Under the pieces are notes generated by a model. The model saw only the letters and a list, made by a program, of their open reading frames with translations. It did no database searches and was not told where the DNA came from. From Planctomycetota bacterium (GTDB lineage Bacteria > Planctomycetota > UBA8108 > UBA1146): 64,000 nt of DNA. Made by a program: the position numbers and the translations under genes. Location: positions 18,442 to 82,441 of the forward strand of contig JAYZBV010000071.1 in NCBI GenBank assembly GCA_036338595.1, read 5' to 3'. Shown piece by piece: positions 1 to 7,604 of this stretch. Positions within the stretch are counted from its first letter, which is position 1. Each line of letters starts with the position of its first letter.

Positions 1-1
1 T

Positions 2-895
2 ACCGCCTACTCGATGCCCCCACCCTCCTCGGGGGGGATCTGCCTGGCACAGATGTCGACGATGCTCGATCGGTTCCAGATCGTCGGTACCGATGCGGAA
101 TCCGCACAACTGTATCACTTGCTGGCAGAGGTGATGAGACGCTCCTTTGCAGACCGAAACCAGTATCTGGGCGACCCTGATCATGTCGATTGCCAGCTGG
201 AACTGTTGCAAGATCCGAAACGCCTGGCCTCACGCGCTGCCAGCATCCAACGATCCAAAGTTTCATCCTCCTCGGAGTTTCTCGCTGAGGAACCCGCGGT
301 CAAGGAGAGTGAACAGACAACTCACTACAGCGTCATCGACAAGCATGGAAATGGTGTATCCGTCACCACCACGCTCAATGGCTCATTCGGCAGCAAGGTC
401 GTGGTCCCTGGCACCGGATTCCTTCTCAACAATGAAATGGATGACTTCACGGCCAGGCCCGGAGAACCCAACCTGTTCGGATTGATCCAGGGAGCAGCCA
501 ATGCCGTGGCTCCCGGTAAGCGCCCGCTCTCTTCGATGAGTCCAACAGTACTGCTCGACTCTGCTGGCTCCGTCCGTGCGGTACTGGGAACACCGGGGGG
601 ACCGACCATCATCACAAATGTATTCCAGGTGCTGCTGGGGCTAACCAGGCTGGGGCTCTCTCCAGAAAGTTCTGTCACCGCCCCGAAGATCCATCACCAG
701 TGCCTGCCCGATCGACTCAACCTCGAGTCCACCATTCCGTCATCCACGGCCAGAACTCTCGAGACATTTGGACACTCGATTTCTCGCAGATCTGCGATTG
801 GCGACGTTCAACTGATCGCCACTGCCCCGGGGAGAGGCCTTGTCGGTGTCTGCGATCCGAGAGGCGGCGGCGGAGTCTCCTATACGGATCGGTGA
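2..895 (+). CDS. ggt: Gamma-glutamyltransferase, 5'-truncated by window edge
   Basis: TTHYSVID autoprocessing Thr, LNNEMDDF, KRPLSSMSPT, GTPGG motifs. Confidence 0.95.
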   Translation, partial: TAYSMPPPSSGGICLAQMSTMLDRFQIVGTDAESAQLYHLLAEVMRRSFADRNQYLGDPDHVDCQLELLQDPKRLASRAASIQRSKVSSSSEFLAEEPAVKESEQTTHYSVIDKHGNGVSVTTTLNGSFGSKVVVPGTGFLLNNEMDDFTARPGEPNLFGLIQGAANAVAPGKRPLSSMSPTVLLDSAGSVRAVLGTPGGPTIITNVFQVLLGLTRLGLSPESSVTAPKIHHQCLPDRLNLESTIPSSTARTLETFGHSISRRSAIGDVQLIATAPGRGLVGVCDPRGGGGVSYTDR

Positions 896-937
896 ATAAT
901 ACGGTTAGTTTGTCAGGAAAGTCGGGCGCAGAAGTCT

Positions 938-966
938 TTGCTCCCCAATACTAACAACGCTAACAT
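938..966 (+). promoter_or_regulatory. Putative sigma70 promoter
   Basis: TTGCTC-17 nt-TAACAT in an AT-rich intergenic region. Confidence 0.4.
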
Positions 967-1145
967 TCAAGGGTATTCACACTCCCGATGTATTGTTTGT
1001 GGAGTGGAATCGCATTGAGTTTCTTGTTGAACAGTATATTGCTCAATTGTTCATACTTATTCTTATACGGCTCATCGACTCTGCTTTGAGTGTCGGCGGG
1101 CTGGACGCCTCTGAGCCTTGTGCTCACATTCGGAGGGATGGTGTT

Positions 1146-3014
1146 ATGCGTCCTCTAGTTCTAGTCCTAACCACAGTAATGCTGCTGTTAATCAGCGGTA
1201 TCTCGACAGCACAACAGTCATTGACCATCGGAAGCACCGACATCCTCGGTCTATCGGAGATCACTGTCAGTGTCACAATGGATGCCACGGATGATGTTCA
1301 GGGTTTCGTGCTCGCCATCGGCTATGACGACTCCCTGGTGACAGCCACCGGGCTCGCCCCCGCGGGCCAAGCGTCCGCTGCAGAGTTGCAGGTCCCCGAA
1401 ATCCTCACAGGTGGTGCGACTCTCGGAGTCGTCATGGATGCGAATCCTCCCTACGGCGGATCTACAATTTCCTCCGGCTCGGGAATAGAGATCGCCATCC
1501 TGTCGATCACTCCAAAGGTCGTCGTCACTGCAGACACCACCACGATGCTCACCTTTGCCGATGGGACTCTCAATAGTCCAGCATTGAGCAACATGATCGT
1601 TCAGGGTGGTCTCTCTGTCGGTGCAGGCGAAGGACTGAGCCTGATCAACGGTACGCTGACACTGGTCGAGCCTCCCCCGGCATCGATGACGATGGAGGAT
1701 GGTTCAGCTCCTGCTGATGGACTCGGAACCACGGGAGATTCTAGAGTGATGCTGGATAACAGTATCGGTGGAGTGCAGGGTTTCGTCACCGCAGTGACGC
1801 ATGATCCCGCCACCGTCACCCTGGAATCGATATCCACGGGCTCTGATACAGATGCGGCGAGTGCCGAGTTCGAGATGCCAAACATGTATCCCAACGGCGG
1901 AACCCTCGGAGTAGTCATCGATTTCAATTCGCCTTTTGATGGCCAGACGATTCCGATGGGAACTGGGCTTCACATCGCAACCTACACTTACTCCTGCAAT
2001 AACTCGAACATCTACGTGCTAGGTGATCCTGGTGGAGAACCCGCCGCAGAGACGAGCGCCATCGACCTCGCAGATGACACCCTGGGCGAACCTCGCCTGG
2101 ATAACGTGGTCGTCGTCGCTGGTCTGTCCGTCTCGCCTCTTCTCGCTGGTGGTACCTTCACCTGTGAGCCAGTCGGTGTACCTGCAGAGGACACGACTCT
2201 CTGGATGGAGACCGAGTTCGACGAGGGCTCCGGCAACTACGCCTACCACGGCCAGACCGGAGACCTGTGCTTCTTCTATGCCGACGAGGACGATTACATC
2301 CAGGGCTTCACCTTCACCGTCTGCTACGACTGCAATCTGACGATTCATGAGGACTCCTGGGAGTTCAACGGCTCGATCCTGGATCAGGTCGGTGTTGAGT
2401 ACACCGCAGTACAGGTCGATGACGACCCCGATGACGGGGACGGCTGCGAACTGATTGTTGCGTTACTGCTCGACGCACTGCCGCCTTTCGAGGGCCAGAC
2501 TCTTCCGCAGACGATGTCGACCAGCGGCAACTCCGCAGATGGTCGACTGTTGGTCGGAAAGATGCGAGTCACCGTCGATATGGATGCTGAATGTAATGAG
2601 GATCAGTTGATTGAATGGTGCAATGACATCAACGGTAACGGAAACGTCACGCTCTACAACAACGTGGTCATCGACTTCGAATCGATCCAGACATACGCAC
2701 GTAATGACTCGCTCGTGCATGTCGTGCCGGAAGAAATCTTCCAGCGTGGCGATTGCAATAGCGACGACACCGTCGATCTTGCGGATACCGCAACGATGCT
2801 CGGGAATCAGTTCAATGGTCACCCGATTCTCTGCCCCGATGCTTGCGACTCGAATGATGATGGTCATCTGAACATGGCGGACGCTGTCCACCTGCTCAAC
2901 TGGCTCTTCAAGTTCGGAGATATACCGCCGGCACCAGGCCCCCTCGAAGACGGGCCGGATGCGACTCAAGATGACACGCTACCAGTGTGTGACAGCGACG
3001 ACACGAACTGCTAG
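1146..3014 (+). CDS. Secreted acidic protein with three cohesin-like domains and a C-terminal type I dockerin-like domain
   Basis: Signal peptide MRPLVLVL..STAQQ after GGAGG; three repeats with (V/I)QGF..(Y/H)D; paired EF-hand-like RGDCNSDDTVDLAD and DACDSNDDGHLNMAD. Confidence 0.8.
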   Translation: MRPLVLVLTTVMLLLISGISTAQQSLTIGSTDILGLSEITVSVTMDATDDVQGFVLAIGYDDSLVTATGLAPAGQASAAELQVPEILTGGATLGVVMDANPPYGGSTISSGSGIEIAILSITPKVVVTADTTTMLTFADGTLNSPALSNMIVQGGLSVGAGEGLSLINGTLTLVEPPPASMTMEDGSAPADGLGTTGDSRVMLDNSIGGVQGFVTAVTHDPATVTLESISTGSDTDAASAEFEMPNMYPNGGTLGVVIDFNSPFDGQTIPMGTGLHIATYTYSCNNSNIYVLGDPGGEPAAETSAIDLADDTLGEPRLDNVVVVAGLSVSPLLAGGTFTCEPVGVPAEDTTLWMETEFDEGSGNYAYHGQTGDLCFFYADEDDYIQGFTFTVCYDCNLTIHEDSWEFNGSILDQVGVEYTAVQVDDDPDDGDGCELIVALLLDALPPFEGQTLPQTMSTSGNSADGRLLVGKMRVTVDMDAECNEDQLIEWCNDINGNGNVTLYNNVVIDFESIQTYARNDSLVHVVPEEIFQRGDCNSDDTVDLADTATMLGNQFNGHPILCPDACDSNDDGHLNMADAVHLLNWLFKFGDIPPAPGPLEDGPDATQDDTLPVCDSDDTNC

Positions 3015-3182
3015 GACAATGGCTTGGCGGAGTTGGGAGATCCGATCTCCCTTGTTGAGAAACCGCCAGCCTCGGCTTTCGTCACTGCCACTCCCCTCCG
3101 AGGGCAACGACAGGAGCGTACGCTGGAACTCGTGATCGAACAGAAGATCGTGAAATCGGTGACTGACAACTCCGAAAGAGAC

Positions 3183-3220
3183 AGGGGCTCTGCGATACAT
3201 GATCGCGGAGCCCCTTTTTT
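3183..3220 (+). terminator. Rho-independent terminator
   Basis: AGGGGCTCTGCGAT-ACATG-ATCGCGGAGCCCCT followed by T run. Confidence 0.85.
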
Positions 3221-3303
3221 CTTGTATCGTTTGCCCTTCCCTGCTGATTCCTTGCTCAAACGCACTGCTGCTATCATCCTCTGGGACAATCTCACGGAGG
3301 CTC

Positions 3304-4002
3304 ATGAAAGCGATCCTGTTCGATCTGTTCGGCACGCTGGTTCCCAATCTTCCGCTGGAAACTTGGGAGCAATGCAGTGACCACATCGCCGCGGCTCTGG
3401 AGGTCGAGTGCGACTTGTATCGAAGATTGTCGAGTGCCAGATTCAAGGACCGCATGATCGGGACGATTCCCGATGGGGATGGTCAATTTGATTGCTTGCT
3501 CGAGGAAGCGGGTATCGACACTCCCCTCGAGAAACGCAGGGATGCGGCCAGGATTCACCGCAAACTTCTGAAAGATGTGCTGATTCCAAAACCGGAAGCC
3601 TGCAGGACTCTCGAACAGCTTTCAGACCGGGGAGTCAAACTGGCACTGGTCACCGATTGCTCGACAGCGGCACCCGAATTGCTCGATGAGTCCCCACTGG
3701 GACGGTACTTCCAGATTCGATCGATCTCTGCCTTCCTCGGGGTTCGGAAACCGGACGCACTGATGTACACCCACTGCCTCGATTCACTTGGAATTCCCGC
3801 AGCAGATTGCATCTATGTTGGCGATGGCAACTCAGAGGAACTGATCGGTGCCAGAGAATGCGGACTCACCACCGTCTGGGTCGACAATGGCCTTCAGCAG
3901 CACTGGCACGAGCGATTCGCACCTGACGGAGATCACACCATCCATTCCCTGGAGGAGCTGCTCCCTCTCGTGGACACTCTCGATTCTCGGACAGCTGGAT
4001 AA
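3304..4002 (+). CDS. HAD-superfamily hydrolase
   Basis: ILFDLFGTL motif I, KPD, YVGDG..ELIGA; GGAGG RBS before ATG 3304. Confidence 0.9.
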   Translation: MKAILFDLFGTLVPNLPLETWEQCSDHIAAALEVECDLYRRLSSARFKDRMIGTIPDGDGQFDCLLEEAGIDTPLEKRRDAARIHRKLLKDVLIPKPEACRTLEQLSDRGVKLALVTDCSTAAPELLDESPLGRYFQIRSISAFLGVRKPDALMYTHCLDSLGIPAADCIYVGDGNSEELIGARECGLTTVWVDNGLQQHWHERFAPDGDHTIHSLEELLPLVDTLDSRTAG

Positions 4003-4012
4003 GGAACCATAG

Positions 4013-4669
4013 ATGGAGAGAGTCTCGATTGAAACCGGCTCAGAACCCACGGCGGCAGTGATCTGGCTGCACGGTCTCGGTGCCGATGGGCACGACTTCG
4101 AACCGATCATCCCCGAGTTGAACCTCGGTGCAGTCTGCGACGTGAGATTCATCTTCCCCCATGCCCCGGTGAGACCGGTCACCATCAATAACAACATGGT
4201 GATGCGTGCCTGGTACGACATCCTGGAGATCTCCATCGATCGCAAAGTAGATGAAGCGGGAATTTTCGAAAGCGCAGAGTTGATCCAGCAACTGATCGAT
4301 GAGCAGTTACAGCTGGGAATCGCACCGGAGAGGTTGATCCTGGCCGGTTTCTCCCAGGGTGGTGCCATCGCCTACCATGTTGGCCTGAGACAGCAGCCTG
4401 CACTGGGGGGACTGCTGATCCTCTCTGCATACTTACCCCTGCCGGATGCTCTCGAACTCCTCGATGATCGGATCCCGAGGACCACTCCGGTCCTCTGCTG
4501 TCACGGCGAGCTCGATCCGGTGGTGCCCATCGCTCTGGGCGAATCATCGGCAAGAATGGTGCAGCAAGCCGGATGGCCGCTCCAGTTCAGAAGCTATCCA
4601 GCTCCACACTCGCTTCATCCAGACGAGGTGGAAGAGATAGGAAAGTGGCTGGCAGAACGCCTGGCGTGA
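4013..4669 (+). CDS. Phospholipase/carboxylesterase (alpha/beta hydrolase)
   Basis: WLHGLGADG, GFSQGG nucleophile elbow, HGELDPVV, catalytic His. Confidence 0.93.
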   Translation: MERVSIETGSEPTAAVIWLHGLGADGHDFEPIIPELNLGAVCDVRFIFPHAPVRPVTINNNMVMRAWYDILEISIDRKVDEAGIFESAELIQQLIDEQLQLGIAPERLILAGFSQGGAIAYHVGLRQQPALGGLLILSAYLPLPDALELLDDRIPRTTPVLCCHGELDPVVPIALGESSARMVQQAGWPLQFRSYPAPHSLHPDEVEEIGKWLAERLA

Positions 4670-4853
4670 TGCTGACCAGTTGATCCTGGCCGTGACCCAT
4701 GAGACAGAAGAGAGGATCCGCGGGTAATTGAGTGGCGCATCGCTTTTCGGCCGGATCCTGTTCGTGGTCGCCGAGAAAAAGCCAGGGTAGGGTGCCTGCG
4801 TCGAGCGGCTCCCTTACAATCGCCCCCGGTTCGTTCACCCCCGAAGGAGAGTC

Positions 4854-6899
4854 ATGAGTTCTGAAACGCCGAATATCCACATCCTGGGTCGACCTGTCAC
4901 ACGCATCGGAGTCATCGGCTCGGGCCAGATCGGCCCCGACATCGCCCTTCACTTCTCAAAGGTATTCACTCCGATGGGAACCTCCATCGTGGTCGTGGAT
5001 ATCAGCGAAGAGGCTCTGGAGCAGGGAAAGAAGAAACTCGATCGAAAAATTGACAAGGGCATCGAGTCGAGAGCCTTTCGAGCCGAGCTGGGGCAGGCGA
5101 TGAAAGAAAATGTCCTCTTCACCAGTAACTACGATCAGCTCAAGGGATGTGATCTTGTCGTCGAAGCGGCCACCGAGGACAAGGATCTGAAGCGCCGCAT
5201 CTTCACCCAGGTGGCAGACCTGGTTGCAGCGGAAGCGGTACTCTGCTCCAACTCATCTCATCTGGAGCCCGATGTCATCTTCGAAGGGGTATCTGATCCT
5301 GCTCGAACGATGGTCGTCCACTACTTCTTCCCTGCGGAGCGCAATCCGATAGTGGAGATCGTCCCCGGAGCGGATACCTCCGAGGGGCTGGTTGCCGACA
5401 TGATGGGATTCTACGAGGCGATCGGAAAGGTGCCGATTCAGGTCAAGAGCCGCTATGGCTATGCGCTCGATCCCGTCTTCGAGGGAATGTTTCTCGCCTC
5501 CGCATTGATGGTGGAAGAAGGAATCGCCAGTTGTAAGGAAGTGGACCACGTCGCCTGTGATGTGCTCGGATACACGGTCGGACCCTTCACTGCCATGAAT
5601 CTCACGGGAGGCAACCCGATCACCGCAGTGGGTCTCGACAACTACAACAAGAAGATCAACGGTTGGTACCGTACACCGGAAATACTCCGCAGAGCGGTGG
5701 CTGACGAGAGCTCCTGGGAAGTCCCTGCCAGGGGGGAGTCCATCGACGTTCCCGCTGAAACCTATGCGCAGGTCAGGGATTCCTTGCTCGGAGCGTACTT
5801 TGGCATCGTCGGCGAGATCGTGGATAGCGGCATCTCCTGCATCGACGACATGGATATGGCAGTGGAGACCGCGCTCGATGTGAAGGCTCCTTTTCGCCTG
5901 ATGAACTCGATCGGCGTCGACAAGGCGCTCCACCTGGTCGAGAAGTATGCCGAGCATCACTCCGGCTTCCCGGTTCCACAGTGCATCCAGGATCAGGCTC
6001 GAAAGGGAGCACCCTTCGATATCGCACTGGTCCTCCGACATGACAACGACGGCATCGCACACATCACGATTCGGCGTCCAAAGCAACTCAACGCCCTCAA
6101 CAATGACTCCTTCGACCAGATCGAGCGCCACTTCCAGGACATCGAATCCGACAGCAGCATCGATGGCGTTGTGCTCTCCGGCTTCGGAATCAAGGCCTTT
6201 GTCTCCGGCGCTGATGTTCCCTTTCTCGCCAATATCGATTCGATCGCCATGGGTGAAGAGACCTCTCGCGGGTCACAGAAATCGATCCAGACCATCGAGG
6301 ACTGCACAAAACCAGTGGTCTGCGCCCTCAATGGACTCGCATTTGGTGGTGGCAACGAGATCGCCATGGCCTGTAACGCACGAATAGCACGCACAGGCCA
6401 GCGCGTGCTCGTCGGTCAACCGGAGGTCAATCTCGGAATCATTCCCGGAGCCGGTGGTACCCAGCGGCTACCTCGCTGGATCGGCGTCGAAAAGGCTGCC
6501 GAATTGATGCGAACAGGGCGCCCCGTCTCTTCCTCCGAAGCGCTCGCCATCGGGCTGATCGTGGAGGAGGTGGCTGGAGATCCTCGAGACCTCCGTGCCC
6601 GTGCGGTCGAGCTGATCAGGGCCTACCTGTCAGGCGACGAACCACTCCCGATGATTCCAACGGGACCGATCGAAACCCCCGATTCGTTGCCCGAAGTCGA
6701 CCTCGGACACCTGAGCAGAAGCGTCGATGAGATCCTGCAGAAGGCGATTGTCGAGGGATGTCGGCTGCCTCTGGCGGAAGGAATCGCTCTGGAAGCGCGT
6801 TATTTTGGCGAAGTCTGCGGAACTCAGGACATGCGGATCGGAGTCGCCAACTTCCTCGAAAATGGACCGAGAACCCCTGCCAGATTCGTTCACGCCTAG
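4854..6899 (+). CDS. Bifunctional 3-hydroxyacyl-CoA dehydrogenase (N-term) / enoyl-CoA hydratase (C-term)
   Basis: GVIGSGQIG Rossmann, VEAATED, SNSS; crotonase AFGGGNEIA and QPEVNLGIIPGAGGTQRL. Confidence 0.92.
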   Translation: MSSETPNIHILGRPVTRIGVIGSGQIGPDIALHFSKVFTPMGTSIVVVDISEEALEQGKKKLDRKIDKGIESRAFRAELGQAMKENVLFTSNYDQLKGCDLVVEAATEDKDLKRRIFTQVADLVAAEAVLCSNSSHLEPDVIFEGVSDPARTMVVHYFFPAERNPIVEIVPGADTSEGLVADMMGFYEAIGKVPIQVKSRYGYALDPVFEGMFLASALMVEEGIASCKEVDHVACDVLGYTVGPFTAMNLTGGNPITAVGLDNYNKKINGWYRTPEILRRAVADESSWEVPARGESIDVPAETYAQVRDSLLGAYFGIVGEIVDSGISCIDDMDMAVETALDVKAPFRLMNSIGVDKALHLVEKYAEHHSGFPVPQCIQDQARKGAPFDIALVLRHDNDGIAHITIRRPKQLNALNNDSFDQIERHFQDIESDSSIDGVVLSGFGIKAFVSGADVPFLANIDSIAMGEETSRGSQKSIQTIEDCTKPVVCALNGLAFGGGNEIAMACNARIARTGQRVLVGQPEVNLGIIPGAGGTQRLPRWIGVEKAAELMRTGRPVSSSEALAIGLIVEEVAGDPRDLRARAVELIRAYLSGDEPLPMIPTGPIETPDSLPEVDLGHLSRSVDEILQKAIVEGCRLPLAEGIALEARYFGEVCGTQDMRIGVANFLENGPRTPARFVHA

Positions 6900-6928
6900 T
6901 GTAAGTATCCAATATCAAGATACTTACA
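6900..6928. repeat. Perfect 10-bp AT-rich inverted repeat
   Basis: TGTAAGTATC-9 nt-GATACTTACA. Confidence 0.7.
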
Positions 6929-7253
6929 ATCTGATACCCGGCTCCAGGGATCGAACCCGTGGCAATTTCCGCAACGACCGAGATGGGCCGGAAAAGGTGG
7001 ATACCCCTAGAATTCGGGACTCGCTAGGGAATTTACTGCTTCCCCATCGGGTCAGAAGGTGGCTATCCTTCGGGCAGTGACATTTGAGCCCCTTGCCTGC
7101 ACCGTGGCGGGCTTCATGCCGAGGGGACCAGATTCAGGGCGCTGGCTGGATAATGCGGGAATCCAGGAAGCCAGCATTTGTATTTGCAACGATCAGAAAA
7201 CCCTCGGAGCGCGATCCTGGCAAGGGTCGTATCGGGGTCAGAAAGGGGATTTC

Positions 7254-7445
7254 ATGTCCAATCAACGCGAGATGCTGCTCGTCGGGAGCAAGGCAAAGGC
7301 AGCGCTCAAGCAGCACGATGTGAACGTCGGAGGCGATGCCCTCGACGGTCTCAACGAGATCCTGCACCAGTGCATCGAGCAGGCCGCCAAGCGAGCCAGC
7401 CAGAACGGACGCAAGACCGTTCGTTCCCACGACTTCATCTGCTAG
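7254..7445 (+). CDS. Bacterial histone-fold protein (63 aa)
   Basis: MSNQREMLLVGSKAKAALKQHDVNVGGDALDGLNEILHQCIEQAAKRASQNGRKTVRSHDFIC; LLVxSKxK and A..NGRKTVxxxD signature; GAAAGGGG RBS. Confidence 0.9.
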   Translation: MSNQREMLLVGSKAKAALKQHDVNVGGDALDGLNEILHQCIEQAAKRASQNGRKTVRSHDFIC

Positions 7446-7473
7446 TCGACAAGACACGCATGGTGTCAGATTC

Positions 7474-7514
7474 GTAGGCCTCGTCGCTACCAGCGCCGAG
7501 GCCTACCTTCTTTT
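7474..7514 (+). terminator. Rho-independent terminator of the histone gene
   Basis: GTAGGCCTCG...CGAGGCCTAC stem followed by CTTCTTTT. Confidence 0.75.
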
Positions 7515-7559
7515 AGCACCATGGGTGCGGCGCAGCGGATACATGGGGCACATCTGCAT

Positions 7560-7597
7560 CGTGCCGTTCAGGGAGATCCGTGCCGTTCAGGGAGATC
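7560..7597. repeat. Perfect tandem duplication, 2 x 19 bp
   Basis: CGTGCCGTTCAGGGAGATC twice. Confidence 0.9.
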
Positions 7598-7604
7598 CTG
7601 GAAC

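Noticed and set aside
913..930. CAGGAAAGTCGGGC resembling the RNase P RNA GAGGAAAGUCC motif
   Set aside because: Imperfect match, no P4 3' strand recognised, and the region is too short and AT-rich.
993..1145. N-terminal extension of the 673-aa ORF
   Set aside because: RBS and signal peptide fit ATG 1146; the upstream part is promoter-like.
6930..6995. tRNA-like GGGTTCGATCCC on the minus strand
   Set aside because: Weak T stem and insufficient length for D and anticodon arms.
7059..7253. Longer 128-aa version of the histone ORF
   Set aside because: RBS precedes ATG 7254 and the extension has no recognisable character.
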